From positions 33,657 to 97,656 of the forward strand of contig JAFVZL010000043.1 of assembly GCA_017508195.1 (NCBI GenBank): 64,000 bases of DNA, in the 5' to 3' direction. Shown here piece after piece: positions 9,227 through 18,990 of the stretch. The position numbers and the translations under genes are program-made. Source of the stretch: Clostridia bacterium (GTDB taxonomy: Bacteria > Bacillota > Clostridia > Oscillospirales > CAG-272). Positions within the stretch are counted from its first letter, which is position 1. Every line of letters starts with the position of its first letter. The notes below the pieces were generated by a model. It was not told where the DNA came from and ran no database searches. It saw only the letters and a list, made by a program, of their open reading frames with translations.

Positions 9227-10888
9227 ATGGAAGAGATTAAAAGCAACTTCATACACGACATCATCGATGAAGATCTGCGCGAGAACCCCGATCTTCATAT
9301 TCACACGAGATTCCCGCCCGAGCCTAACGGATATCTTCACATAGGCTCTGCGAAGGCTATCTGGATCAACGCCATGACTGCAAAGAAATACGGCGGTCTC
9401 TTTAACCTCAGGTACGATGATACCAACCCCTCAAAGGAAGACAACGAATACGTTGAAAGCATCTATGAGGATCTAAAGTGGCTTGGATGCGAGCCTACCG
9501 GAGGTATCTATTACGGATCCGACTACTTTGATAAATGCTATGAGTATGCGGTTAAGCTTATCAAAGAGGGCAAAGCATACGTTTGTGATCTTACAGCAGA
9601 AGAGATGCGCGAATACCGCGGATCGCTAACCGAGCCCGGAAAAAACAGTCCCTACCGCGACAGAAGTGTAGAGGAGAACCTCGATCTTTTCGAGAGAATG
9701 AAGAACGGTGAATTTGCTGACGGAACAAAAACACTCCGTGCGAAGATCGATATGGCATCCTCAAATATCAACATGAGGGATCCCGCGATCTACCGAATTG
9801 TTCATGTTGACCATCACAGACAGGGAAATAAGTGGTGCATATATCCTCTTTACGACTATGCTCACCCCATCCAGGACGCACTCGAGGGAATTACGCACTC
9901 GCTTTGCTCTATTGAATTCGAGAACCACCGCCCTCTTTACAACTGGGTAATAGACAATATTGGCTTCGAGCAGAAGCCGAAGCAAAGAGAATTCGCACGC
10001 CTCAACGTAACTCACACCGTAATGTCGAAGCGCTATCTCAGAAAGCTTGTTGAAACGGGACTTGTCGACGGATGGGATGACCCGAGAATGCCCACACTAT
10101 GCGGTCTTCGCAGAAGAGGATACACACCTGCATCCATCTTTGACTTTGTATCACGCGCAGGAGTGGCGAAGGCTTATAGTATCGTCGACTACGAGCTTTT
10201 AGAGCACTGCATACGCGAGGAACTTAATGCTACTGCCGAAAGAAGGATAGCTATTCTTCATCCCATCAAGGTAGTTGTCACCAACTATCCCGAAGATAAG
10301 GTTGAGTACTTCGAGGTATCTAACAATCCTCAGGATCCCGAAGCGGGAACACGAAAGATCGCTTTCACCCGCGAGCTCTATATAGATGCCGACGATTTTG
10401 CTGAGGTGCCGCCTCCCAAGTTCTTCAGAATGAAGCCCGACGGTGAAGTGCGCCTTATGGGTGCTTACATCGTAAAATGTAATGAGATCGTCAAGGATGC
10501 TAACGGGGATATAGTTGAGATCCGCTGTACCGCGGATCTTGAGACGGGTAACGGAATGCCATCAGACGGCAGAAAGGTGAAGGGAACCATTCATTGGCTC
10601 TCCGCTCCCAATTCTTACGATACAACTATTATGCTTTATAACAACCTCTTCGATATCGAGAATACAGGCGATATTCCCGAGGACAAGACCTATGACGATT
10701 ATCTTAACGTTGACTCGGTTATCAAACTCGAGGGATGCAAAATAGAGCCCTCGCTTCTTGATGCCGAGAAAGGCGAGCGATTCCAGTTTGTAAGAACGGG
10801 TTATTTCGTAAAGGATACAAAGCACGAGAACGTATTTAACAGAATTGTTGGCCTTAAGGATAGCTTCCCTAAGGCACCTAAGGCATAA
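9227..10888 (+). CDS. glnS: Glutamine--tRNA ligase
   Basis: HIGH-type motif PEPNGYLHIGSAK and KMSKS-type VMSKR. I prefer the ATG at 9227 (MEEIKSNFIHDIIDEDL) over the upstream ATG at 9188, which lies inside the preceding gene. Confidence 0.9.
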   Translation: MEEIKSNFIHDIIDEDLRENPDLHIHTRFPPEPNGYLHIGSAKAIWINAMTAKKYGGLFNLRYDDTNPSKEDNEYVESIYEDLKWLGCEPTGGIYYGSDYFDKCYEYAVKLIKEGKAYVCDLTAEEMREYRGSLTEPGKNSPYRDRSVEENLDLFERMKNGEFADGTKTLRAKIDMASSNINMRDPAIYRIVHVDHHRQGNKWCIYPLYDYAHPIQDALEGITHSLCSIEFENHRPLYNWVIDNIGFEQKPKQREFARLNVTHTVMSKRYLRKLVETGLVDGWDDPRMPTLCGLRRRGYTPASIFDFVSRAGVAKAYSIVDYELLEHCIREELNATAERRIAILHPIKVVVTNYPEDKVEYFEVSNNPQDPEAGTRKIAFTRELYIDADDFAEVPPPKFFRMKPDGEVRLMGAYIVKCNEIVKDANGDIVEIRCTADLETGNGMPSDGRKVKGTIHWLSAPNSYDTTIMLYNNLFDIENTGDIPEDKTYDDYLNVDSVIKLEGCKIEPSLLDAEKGERFQFVRTGYFVKDTKHENVFNRIVGLKDSFPKAPKA

Positions 10889-10892
10889 ATCT

Positions 10893-11660
10893 GTGAAATT
10901 ATCGGAAATTTGGGAGAGGGCACTATTCCTTCTTTCCGTACCAAAGTGTATTTGTTGCGGTGAGCTCCTTGACTTTGAAGAAAAGGCATTATGTAGCTCA
11001 TGTTCGGAGATATTCAACGAACAAAAATCCAGAAACTGTTCACGGTGTTCAAGAAAGATTCCGTATTGTACTTGTTCAAACTTTTATCTCGAGAGTCATT
11101 ATGTAAAAAAGCTCATCAAGGTATATAGATACAACAGTTCAAAACCCGAGCTTCCCGGAAATCTTCTTGTCTATTGTCTTAAGCATGATAACAGACGAGA
11201 TGCCTTTATCCGTGCATCGGTTGAGCTTGCGCACTCTATCGAAGCTGCGATAGATCTATCAGAGAACAAGGAATATTTTATAATCACCAACGTTCCGCGC
11301 CGACATAAAGCTATTCTCGAAAACGGCTATGACCACGCAGAGATGATCGCACGCAGAATCGCAAAAATTCTCGGGATCGAGTATGCACAATTCCTCGTAT
11401 CTAAAACCGAAAAGCCTCAGAAAGAGGTTTACGGAGAAAAGAGAAAGGAAAACGCAAAATTTGATTACAAGAAAGGCCCCGAGCGCTCATTAAAAGGAAA
11501 AACTGTGATCATTGTTGATGACGTTGTCACAACAGGATCATCTCTTGCTGCTTGTGCCGCGCTTATCCGAGGCATGGGAACGAGGAAGATAATCGGAGCT
11601 GCGCTTTCAATCGCCTACAAGGATTCATATTTGAAACCGAGACCCTCGTACAGTAGATAG
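10893..11660 (+). CDS. comFC: ComF family protein (ComFC-like phosphoribosyltransferase-fold)
   Basis: N-terminal Cys-rich zinc-finger region (CICCGE...CSSC...CSRCSRK) and PRT motif VIIVDDVVTTGSSL. The GTG at 10893, just after the glnS stop, is preferred over the ATG at 10845 inside glnS. The start is uncertain. Confidence 0.75.
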   Translation: MKLSEIWERALFLLSVPKCICCGELLDFEEKALCSSCSEIFNEQKSRNCSRCSRKIPYCTCSNFYLESHYVKKLIKVYRYNSSKPELPGNLLVYCLKHDNRRDAFIRASVELAHSIEAAIDLSENKEYFIITNVPRRHKAILENGYDHAEMIARRIAKILGIEYAQFLVSKTEKPQKEVYGEKRKENAKFDYKKGPERSLKGKTVIIVDDVVTTGSSLAACAALIRGMGTRKIIGAALSIAYKDSYLKPRPSYSR

Positions 11661-11695
11661 CCGGATCATTTCTTCATCATTATAATAATATGAAA

Positions 11696-11720
11696 ACGGC
11701 TGCCCAATGCGGGCAGCCGT
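11696..11720 (+). terminator. Intrinsic terminator after comFC
   Basis: Hairpin ACGGCTGCCC-aatgc-GGGCAGCCGT followed by a T-rich tract. Confidence 0.6.
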
Positions 11721-11782
11721 TATTTAAAACTTTTTTTGATATACAGACAGAATAATTTCAGATCAATTAAGCTCAATGTCAT

Positions 11783-11827
11783 TCAAAAAAAACAGAAAAG
11801 TCCTTCACAAAACGTGAAGGACTTTTC
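11783..11827 (-). terminator. Intrinsic terminator after rplA
   Basis: Read on the minus strand: GAAAAGTCCTTCAC-gtttt-GTGAAGGACTTTTC followed by TGTTTTTTTT. Confidence 0.75.
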
Positions 11828-11837
11828 TATAGGCAGA

Positions 11838-12533
11838 TCAACCAAGCTTAGCGTAGTTGATCTTGATGCCAGGGCCCATAGTAGTAGCTACTACGCAGCT
11901 CTTGATGTACTGACCCTTTGCAGCAGCGGGCTTAGCCTTGATAACAGCACCAAGGAGAGCATTGAAGTTCTCGGTGAGCTTCTCAGTACCGAAGGAAACC
12001 TTACCAACGGGGCAGTGAATGATGTTAGTCTTATCAAGACGGTACTCGATCTTACCTGCCTTAGCCTCGGTAACAGCACGAGCAACGTCGGGAGTAACAG
12101 TGCCGGCCTTGGGGTTAGGCATAAGTCCCTTAGGACCAAGCACCTTACCAAGACGTCCGATAACGCCCATCATGTCGGGAGATGCGATAACAACGTCGAA
12201 CTCGAACCAGTTCTCGGTCTGGATCTTCTGAACATAATCCTCAGCACCAACATAGTCAGCGCCTGCAGCAAGAGCTGCCTCAGCCTTGTCGCCACGAGCG
12301 AAAACAAGGGTTCTTACAGTCTTACCGGTACCGTTGGGGAGGACAATAGCGCCTCTGACCTGCTGGTCAGCGTGACGGGAGTCAACACCCAAACGAATAT
12401 GAACCTCTACGGTCTCATCAAACTTAGCCTTTGCGGTCTGGCAGAGAAGTGCGATAGCCTCCTCAGTGTCGTAAAGCTTAGACTTGTCAATAAGCTCTAA
12501 GCTAGCATTATACTTTTTACCCATTTTAGCCAT
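11838..12533 (-). CDS. rplA: 50S ribosomal protein L1
   Basis: 231 aa with a typical L1 sequence (MAKMGKKY...[10 protein letters not shown]...). Lies downstream of rplK. Confidence 0.95.
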   Translation of the reverse strand: MAKMGKKYNASLELIDKSKLYDTEEAIALLCQTAKAKFDETVEVHIRLGVDSRHADQQVRGAIVLPNGTGKTVRTLVFARGDKAEAALAAGADYVGAEDYVQKIQTENWFEFDVVIASPDMMGVIGRLGKVLGPKGLMPNPKAGTVTPDVARAVTEAKAGKIEYRLDKTNIIHCPVGKVSFGTEKLTENFNALLGAVIKAKPAAAKGQYIKSCVVATTMGPGIKINYAKLG

Positions 12534-12547
12534 TGTATTCTACCTCC

Positions 12548-12973
12548 TTACTCTTCAACAGTGATACCCATGCTACGAGCAGTACCTGCTACCATGCTCA
12601 TTGCTGCCTCGATAGAAGCTGCGTTGAGGTCGGGCATCTTGGTCTCAGCGATCTTGCGAACCTGATCCTTGGTGAGTGTAGCAACCTTGGTCTTGTTGGG
12701 GGTTGCGGAAGCAGTCTCGATACCGCAAGCCTTCTTGATAAGAACAGCTGCGGGGGGAGTCTTGGTGATGAAGGTGAACGAACGGTCAGCGTAAACAGTG
12801 ATGATTACGGGAATGATAAGACCGATATCGTTCTTAGTTCTCTCGTTGAACTCCTTAGTGAAGTTGGGGATGGATACACCGTACTGACCGAGTGCGGGAC
12901 CAACGGGGGGCTGGGGAGTTGCCTTTGCGGCAGGAAGCTGAAGCTTGATATAGCCCATTATTTTCTTTGCCAT
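12548..12973 (-). CDS. rplK: 50S ribosomal protein L11
   Basis: [30 protein letters not shown]. The start at 12973 gives 141 aa; the longer ORF-track start adds a non-homologous extension. Confidence 0.95.
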   Translation of the reverse strand: MAKKIMGYIKLQLPAAKATPQPPVGPALGQYGVSIPNFTKEFNERTKNDIGLIIPVIITVYADRSFTFITKTPPAAVLIKKACGIETASATPNKTKVATLTKDQVRKIAETKMPDLNAASIEAAMSMVAGTARSMGITVEE

Positions 12974-13073
12974 GATTAAATACCTCCATGTGTGGTAGCT
13001 TGTCGGGAGAATTAGAAGAATTTTTCTCCCTCCCACGAAATGCCTCTACGAGGCAACAGAATAAGGTGGCGCC

Positions 13074-13616
13074 TTAGTCTGCGATGCTGACGTCTTTAGT
13101 GTCAACCATAATAGGAATGTCACGCTTACCGGTATTTGCAAGAATGACAAGAGACTTCTTGTCCTCGCTGATCTCCTGAAGAACACCGAAGTATCCCTCG
13201 AAGATACCGGAAATAACCTTGACATTATCTCCGACGTTGAACTCAAGCTCAGTCTTATGAAGCTCGATATTCATAGATTCAACCTCTTCGTCGGTAAGAG
13301 GAGTAGGCTCGGATCCGGGGCCTACAAATCCGGTAACACCTGTAATATTTCTTACAACGTGCCATGATTCATCAGTCATAGTCATCTTTACGAAAACGTA
13401 GCCGGGGAAGATCTTCGTCTCAACGATTTTCTCCTCACCCTTATCATTAACAACGGTTTCGGTAAGAACCGGAACCTGAACGTCATAGATAAGATGGCCG
13501 AGGCCGCGATTCTCAACGATTTTTTCTATGCTGACCTTAACTTTATTCTCATAACCTGTGTAGGTATGAGCGACGTACCACCTGGGACCTAGGTTTTTCT
13601 CGTCAATATTGCTCAT
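13074..13616 (-). CDS. nusG: Transcription termination/antitermination factor NusG
   Basis: WYVAHTYTGYENKV N-terminal NGN domain and a C-terminal KOW (GDNVKVISGIFEGYFGVL). secE-nusG-rplK gene order. Confidence 0.95.
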   Translation of the reverse strand: MSNIDEKNLGPRWYVAHTYTGYENKVKVSIEKIVENRGLGHLIYDVQVPVLTETVVNDKGEEKIVETKIFPGYVFVKMTMTDESWHVVRNITGVTGFVGPGSEPTPLTDEEVESMNIELHKTELEFNVGDNVKVISGIFEGYFGVLQEISEDKKSLVILANTGKRDIPIMVDTKDVSIAD

Positions 13617-13619
13617 TCT

Positions 13620-13859
13620 TTAACCTACTAAACCTGCGATCAGATTGATCAACCAAGAAGAACCAAGATCGATCAAAGCAATGATGACGCAAACAGCAAC
13701 AACGGTAAAGATTACGAGCTTAGAGCTCTTAACAAGCTCAGTCTTGGGGGTCCATACAACCTTCTTAAGCTCACCGTGAGTATCGGAACAGAACTTAGTG
13801 AACTTCTTCCAGGTCCTAACAACCCAATTGGGCTTTTTCTCGGATATATTCTTCTGCAT
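13620..13859 (-). CDS. secE: Preprotein translocase subunit SecE
   Basis: 79 aa with a single C-terminal TM helix. Position between rpmG and nusG. Confidence 0.85.
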   Translation of the reverse strand: MQKNISEKKPNWVVRTWKKFTKFCSDTHGELKKVVWTPKTELVKSSKLVIFTVVAVCVIIALIDLGSSWLINLIAGLVG

Positions 13860-13871
13860 ATTACCTCCGAA

Positions 13872-14021
13872 TTACTTGCTTTCCTTATGCATCGTGTGCT
13901 TACGGCAGAAACGACAATACTTCTTCATTTCAAGCCTGTCAGGATCGTTCTTCTTGTTTTTTTCTGTGTCATAATTTCTTTGTTTGCACTCAGAGCAAAC
14001 GAGTGTAATTTTGACTCTCAT
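13872..14021 (-). CDS. rpmG: 50S ribosomal protein L33 (not in the ORF track, 49 aa)
   Basis: My own translation of the minus strand gives [56 protein letters not shown] lies 6 nt upstream of the ATG. Canonical position before secE. Confidence 0.9.
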   Translation of the reverse strand: MRVKITLVCSECKQRNYDTEKNKKNDPDRLEMKKYCRFCRKHTMHKESK

Positions 14022-14140
14022 TTATCGGCACCTCCTAATAGAATTCGGGCTAAACCCGTGAATACCTCCCTCAAAGCGAGAGCTGCGTGCAGTCCCAGAA
14101 AAATGTGCACACAAAAAAAGCCCTATGCAGAGGTAAGGAT

Positions 14141-14169
14141 ATTCTACCACACTTTTCGACACTTGTCAA
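14141..14169 (-). promoter_or_regulatory. Sigma-A-type promoter for rpmG-secE-nusG
   Basis: On the minus strand: TTGACA, 17 nt, TAGAAT. It sits about 110 nt upstream of the rpmG start. Confidence 0.55.
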
Positions 14170-14271
14170 TAGATTTTAGAAAAATACTGTAATTATTTAT
14201 TATAAATATAATATTATGGTTGAAAACCGAAGTGCGGAGTGGTATAATATAAGAAAAAAACGGAGGGTAAA

Positions 14272-15231
14272 GTGAATATCGTTGTACTTGATAGATCGAG
14301 CCTCGGAGAGGACACCCCGCTCGAGTCATTGAATAGATACGGCAACGTAACCGTGTACGAAAGAACGAGCAGAGAAGAGCTTCTTGAACGAGCTTCGGAT
14401 GCAGAGGTGCTGGTCCTAAACAAGGTTAAAATCGATAAAGAGGTGTTGGATGCATCTCCAAAGCTTAAGCTGATATGCATAACCGCAACCGGTTACGATA
14501 ATGTCGACATCATTGAGGCAAGATCCCACGGTGTAGCCGTTACCAACGTTCCGGGATACTCTACCGACAGTGTTACGCTTCTGACCGTGGCAACTGTTCT
14601 ATCATTGATCACTCACCTAAGAGAATACAACGAGTATGTAACCGACGGAAGCTACACTCGCTCCGGCATAGCAAACAAGCTATCACCGGTGTACCACGAG
14701 CTAAGGGGAATGAAGTGGGGAATAGTCGGATATGGCAACATCGGAAAAGCCGTCGCCAGGGTTGCCGAGGCATTCGGTGCCGAAGTTCTTGTTAACAAGC
14801 GCACACCGGTTGCCGACGCACGCTGCGTAACACTCGAAGAGCTCTGCAAAGAAAGTGATATTATTACACTTCACTGTCCGCTTAACGAGAACACGCGCGA
14901 ACTGATAGGTGTAAATGAGTTGGCACTTATGAAGCCTTCAGCAATCCTCGTAAATGAAGCAAGGGGCGCCGTGGTTGATAGCGTTAGTGTAGCTAACGCA
15001 ATAAAAAGAGGTGAGCTGGGTGCGTTTGGAGCTGACGTATACGAGGTCGAGCCATTTGGCAAAGATCATCCTTTCACCGAAATAATGCATTTACCAAATG
15101 TTCTTCTGACACCTCACGCAGCCTGGGGCGCATACGACTCAAGAAAGCGATGCATCGAAACGGTTGCAGCAAACATCGGTGCCTTCATATCAAACAAAAT
15201 TAAAAATCGAGTAGATATTCAGGGGCAGTAA
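14272..15231 (+). CDS. D-isomer-specific 2-hydroxyacid dehydrogenase (glycerate dehydrogenase/hydroxypyruvate reductase-like)
   Basis: NAD-binding GIVGYGNIGKAVA, catalytic-region pattern LLTPHAAW, GTG start after GGAGGG. 319 aa. Confidence 0.8.
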   Translation: MNIVVLDRSSLGEDTPLESLNRYGNVTVYERTSREELLERASDAEVLVLNKVKIDKEVLDASPKLKLICITATGYDNVDIIEARSHGVAVTNVPGYSTDSVTLLTVATVLSLITHLREYNEYVTDGSYTRSGIANKLSPVYHELRGMKWGIVGYGNIGKAVARVAEAFGAEVLVNKRTPVADARCVTLEELCKESDIITLHCPLNENTRELIGVNELALMKPSAILVNEARGAVVDSVSVANAIKRGELGAFGADVYEVEPFGKDHPFTEIMHLPNVLLTPHAAWGAYDSRKRCIETVAANIGAFISNKIKNRVDIQGQ

Positions 15232-15272
15232 CACAAAATGGTCCGCAGTGATTTCAAACTGCGGACCATCTA

Positions 15273-16442
15273 TTATTCGCGATCTATGGTTATAACAGCG
15301 TAGTAGGTGTCGTTGATCTCTTTGATTTTCGAGCTGATATGTTCGATTATTTCATTGTTCTTTTCCTTGATCTCGAAAGGCATCGCAATATCGAAAATCA
15401 AATTGGTATGAGTATGTCCTATGACGGTTCTGAAATCGTGTATGCTCGCACCATCGTAGCTTTCGCTTACGATTTTTGAAGTCAGCTCACGCAGTCTCAC
15501 AACCTCCTCGTCATCAGTCACGATCGGATCCATATGTACAGTGCAGAGAATCCCGAGCTTCTCGTTTATCTCTCGTTCAAGATTATCGATCGAGTCGTGC
15601 AGCATATAGATATCCTGACTACCGTCCACCTCGGCGTGAAACGATGCTATATAATGATTGGGGCCGTAATTATGAACCATCAGATCGTGCACACCGACAA
15701 TATCCTCATAATTGGATACAGTGTCCTTTATACTTCTTATGACTTCCTCCAGAGGCGCCTCACCAAGCAGAGAATTCTTAGTATCATTCAAAATTCGAAG
15801 TCCTGCAATGAAGATAAGAACAGATACGGCAATTCCGACCACCGAGTCAAGAAACCACCATCCGGTGATATTTATAACAATGCCGGAAACAAGAACAGCG
15901 AGAGTAGATATCGAGTCCATTATAGAATCGGAGCCGGATGCTTCGAGCACGCTCGAATTGATTTTCTTACCTGCGTGTCTGTTGTAAAACGCGAGGAAGA
16001 GCTTTGAGAGTATCGAGAAACCAAGAATTATATACATTGCAAGAGAGATCCCCTCGGTTTGTACGCTCGGCTCAAAGAATCCCGCAAAGGACTCCGTAAG
16101 CAGCTCAAATCCTACAAGCAGAATCAAGAACGATACAACCATAGAGCACACATATTCTATACGAGCGTGCCCGAAGGGGTGATCTCTGTCTGCGGGCTTT
16201 GCCGCTATCTTGAAGCTTACGAAGGAGACGATAGAGGCACCGGCATCCGAGAAATTGTTAACTGCATCGGCTACAATCGCAATCGAGCCCATAATCAAGC
16301 CGAGAACAAGCTTCATTGAGGCAATAATAATATTCACAACCACTCCGAGAATGCTCGCAAATGTGCCATACCGCTCGCGAACATCCGATCTTTCGGGATG
16401 ATCGTAATCTTTTATGAAAAGTCTGTCGATAAGATTATTCAT
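15273..16442 (-). CDS. Cation diffusion facilitator family transporter
   Basis: Six predicted TM segments. CDF-type motifs (AIVADAVNNFSD; DRDHPFGHARIEY) and a C-terminal cytoplasmic domain. Confidence 0.8.
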   Translation of the reverse strand: MNNLIDRLFIKDYDHPERSDVRERYGTFASILGVVVNIIIASMKLVLGLIMGSIAIVADAVNNFSDAGASIVSFVSFKIAAKPADRDHPFGHARIEYVCSMVVSFLILLVGFELLTESFAGFFEPSVQTEGISLAMYIILGFSILSKLFLAFYNRHAGKKINSSVLEASGSDSIMDSISTLAVLVSGIVINITGWWFLDSVVGIAVSVLIFIAGLRILNDTKNSLLGEAPLEEVIRSIKDTVSNYEDIVGVHDLMVHNYGPNHYIASFHAEVDGSQDIYMLHDSIDNLEREINEKLGILCTVHMDPIVTDDEEVVRLRELTSKIVSESYDGASIHDFRTVIGHTHTNLIFDIAMPFEIKEKNNEIIEHISSKIKEINDTYYAVITIDRE

Positions 16443-16526
16443 ATTATCCTCTTTTTCTTAAAATGGGGTTTACTTTTTTTAATGCGTATGCTAAAATAAT
16501 ATATATCAATCCTCAAAGGAGGCAAA

Positions 16527-16853
16527 ATGTTCAACGAATACATTCTCGAAGGTAAATGTCTAACCGAGCTTAACACCGAAATGAGATTCAATATTGCGGA
16601 TGCCAGAGCCGACAAAGCCGAGCTCGTCAGATTTTCAATACCTCTTTCCGAGGACGAGAAGGACAATCTGCGTCTTTCCAACTGTCTTATAAAAATACTT
16701 CGCTCAATCAACCACGATGGGCTCATACAGTTTTACGTCACTGATAAGGACTTTGAAAACGCAACGACTCAGGCAGAATTTCTGATAAACAAATACAGCG
16801 ACAAGCTTCTGCCGTCAAACACCGAAATACGACATTTTTATATAAAAATGTGA
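16527..16853 (+). CDS. Hypothetical protein (108 aa)
   Basis: AAAGGAGG RBS 5 nt upstream of the ATG, and a strong bidirectional terminator downstream. No family recognised. Confidence 0.5.
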   Translation: MFNEYILEGKCLTELNTEMRFNIADARADKAELVRFSIPLSEDEKDNLRLSNCLIKILRSINHDGLIQFYVTDKDFENATTQAEFLINKYSDKLLPSNTEIRHFYIKM

Positions 16854-16860
16854 TTTTCAT

Positions 16861-16898
16861 ATTCAAAGAGGTTGCTTTTGAAAGCAACCTCTTTGAAT
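16861..16898. terminator. Bidirectional terminator between converging genes
   Basis: 18-bp perfect inverted repeat ATTCAAAGAGGTTGCTTT/AAAGCAACCTCTTTGAAT. Confidence 0.75.
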
Positions 16899-16910
16899 TA
16901 TATTGTTAGA

Positions 16911-17141
16911 TTACTTGGTTGCGGACTCAAGAAAACGAACAACGTCGCCTACGGTCTTAAAGTTCTTGAGCGCGTCGTCATCGATAGTTACGTTATACTT
17001 GCTCTCGCAATTATAAACCATATCGGCAAGCTCAAGTGAATTAATACCGAGATCACCCGAAAGAGAAGCCTCCATGGTTATCGCATCGGGATCGATACGG
17101 CCAAGCTCCTCAACAAGGAATGCCTTGAAATTCTCAAACAT
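16911..17141 (-). CDS. Stand-alone acyl carrier protein
   Basis: 76 aa. Phosphopantetheine attachment region GDLGINSLELADMV. Monocistronic, with its own promoter-like TTGACA-17-TATCAT and terminator. Confidence 0.75.
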   Translation of the reverse strand: MFENFKAFLVEELGRIDPDAITMEASLSGDLGINSLELADMVYNCESKYNVTIDDDALKNFKTVGDVVRFLESATK

Positions 17142-17361
17142 GTTGTATCCTCCATAAATAATTTACGTGTCGCCACGCGTCACTCACTTGCTTATGATAC
17201 TATATCTGAGCAATTTTGTCAATAGTTTTACAAAAAAATGCCCATCTTACCCGCTTGATCGTCAGATGTTTATTAGTTGAATTAATATGATTTTATAAGG
17301 TCCACGCAGTAAAATTTAAAATTAATTCATTTATATATGCGGCGGAATTACCGAATATCTA

Positions 17362-17390
17362 TTGACTTGAAATGTAATTAGTTATATAAT
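17362..17390 (+). promoter_or_regulatory. Sigma-A-type promoter for the nfeD/SPFH operon
   Basis: TTGACT, 17 nt, TATAAT. Confidence 0.55.
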
Positions 17391-17427
17391 ATAAACAGAA
17401 AATAATCTCAAATACGGAGGTAATAAT

Positions 17428-17859
17428 ATGTTTTGGGGTTGGATATGGATAGGAGTTCTGGTTCTCGCTGTAATAATAGAAGCGGTAACGGATCAATTGG
17501 TGTCAATCTGGTTTGTCCCCGGCGCTATCGTTGCGACCGTACTCGACTTCTTTTCCGTCGATATTATCTGGCAGATAATCGTGCTGCTCGGTGTTTCCGC
17601 ACTCGGCATTCTCGTTGCCCGAAGATTCCTTGTGAATTTGAGGCGTGATGATAATACAAAAACGGATCTCGATATGATTGTAGGGGAGAAATGCATCGTA
17701 ACCGAAAGAATCGACTCCTTTGCGGGCTGTGGTCAGGCGAAGGTGAAAGGGCAGATCTGGTCGGCACGCGGTCTCTCGGAGAGTGATGTTTTCGAGGTTG
17801 GAGAAATACTCAGGGTAGTCTCCATAGAAGGTGTTAAGCTTATTTGTAAAAGGATTTAA
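17428..17859 (+). CDS. NfeD family membrane protein
   Basis: N-terminal TM helices plus a C-terminal OB-like domain (GQAKVKGQIWSAR). Immediately upstream of an SPFH gene. Confidence 0.8.
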   Translation: MFWGWIWIGVLVLAVIIEAVTDQLVSIWFVPGAIVATVLDFFSVDIIWQIIVLLGVSALGILVARRFLVNLRRDDNTKTDLDMIVGEKCIVTERIDSFAGCGQAKVKGQIWSARGLSESDVFEVGEILRVVSIEGVKLICKRI

Positions 17860-17874
17860 AAGGAGGTTCTGAAA

Positions 17875-18825
17875 ATGCTTACAACATTACTTGAGGTAAA
17901 CTATTTACCGCTTATTATTGTGCTTGTTATTCTCGCAATAGGTGTTTTGCTTCTTATCACAAGCATCAAGATCGTTCCCCAGGCACGTGCACTTGTTATC
18001 GAGCGTCTCGGCAGCTATAAGGCAACTTGGAATACAGGAGTACATTTCCTCATTCCTTTCATTGAGAAAGTAGCTAACAGTGTAACACTGATGGAACAAG
18101 TATCTGACTTCCCGCCGCAGCCTGTGATCACAAGAGACAACGTAAGAATGCAGATAGACACAGTCGTTTTTTATCAGATAACCGACTGTAAGCTTTACAC
18201 TTATGGTGTTACAAATCCGCTTCTCGCCATTGAAAGCCTTACGGCAACAACGCTCAGAAATATTATCGGTGAGCTTGATCTTGATCAGACTCTCACCTCA
18301 AGAGATATCATAAATACAAAGATGCGTACCATCCTCGATGAAGCAACTGACCCGTGGGGCATCCGTGTCACGAGAGTTGAGCTCAAAAACATTATCCCGC
18401 CCCGTGAGATTCAGGAAGCGATGGAGAAGCAGATGAAGGCAGAACGCGAGAGACGCGAGCTGATACTGAAGGCCGAGGGAGAAAAGAACTCAACTATCCT
18501 TGTCGCCGAGGGTAGAAAGCAGGAGATCATCCTCGCAGCTCAGGCTGAAAAGGAGTCTGCGATTCTGAGAGCTGAAGCCGCGAAGGAAGCAAAAATCAGA
18601 GAGGCGGAGGGTCAGGCGGAGGCCATTCTGAAGGTCCAGGAGGCTACCGCACGAGGTCTTCAGATGATCAAGGATGTAGATGTAACGCAACAGGTAATCG
18701 CTATGCGAAGCCTGGAAGCGCTGGAGAAAGTAGGCGACGGTCAATCAACAAAAATTATTATTCCGTCCGAAATCCAAAACATAGCATCGCTCGTCACCTC
18801 GATCACTGAAGTATCTAAGGATTGA
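17875..18825 (+). CDS. SPFH/band 7 (stomatin-like) protein
   Basis: N-terminal TM helix. SPFH core IVPQARALVIERLGSYKATWNTGVHFLIPFIEKV, followed by a coiled-coil EA-rich region. Confidence 0.88.
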   Translation: MLTTLLEVNYLPLIIVLVILAIGVLLLITSIKIVPQARALVIERLGSYKATWNTGVHFLIPFIEKVANSVTLMEQVSDFPPQPVITRDNVRMQIDTVVFYQITDCKLYTYGVTNPLLAIESLTATTLRNIIGELDLDQTLTSRDIINTKMRTILDEATDPWGIRVTRVELKNIIPPREIQEAMEKQMKAERERRELILKAEGEKNSTILVAEGRKQEIILAAQAEKESAILRAEAAKEAKIREAEGQAEAILKVQEATARGLQMIKDVDVTQQVIAMRSLEALEKVGDGQSTKIIIPSEIQNIASLVTSITEVSKD

Positions 18826-18841
18826 TCGGATACGCTCTAAA

Positions 18842-18875
18842 GGAGATTCGCATTTTTTCGGTGCGAATCTCCTTT
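18842..18875 (+). terminator. Terminator after the SPFH gene
   Basis: GGAGATTCGCA ... TGCGAATCTCC hairpin followed by TTT. Confidence 0.55.
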
Positions 18876-18943
18876 AAACTTCGGGTATTGAGAGAAAAAG
18901 CATAAAGAATGTCAAAAAGGTCAAAAAGTTTTTTTAAAAGCTA

Positions 18944-18972
18944 TTGACAAATATTTGAATTTCTGTTATAAT
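18944..18972 (+). promoter_or_regulatory. Sigma-A-type promoter for tRNA-Arg/tRNA-His
   Basis: TTGACA, 17 nt, TATAAT. Sits about 18 nt upstream of the tRNA 5' end. Confidence 0.65.
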
Positions 18973-18990
18973 AACATGCGTTATCGAATT

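Noticed and set aside
11736-12979. 254-aa and 148-aa plus-strand ORFs opposite rplA and rplK
   Set aside because: Both are antisense to canonical L1 and L11 genes, have low-complexity Ser/Leu/Gly-rich translations and lack an RBS.
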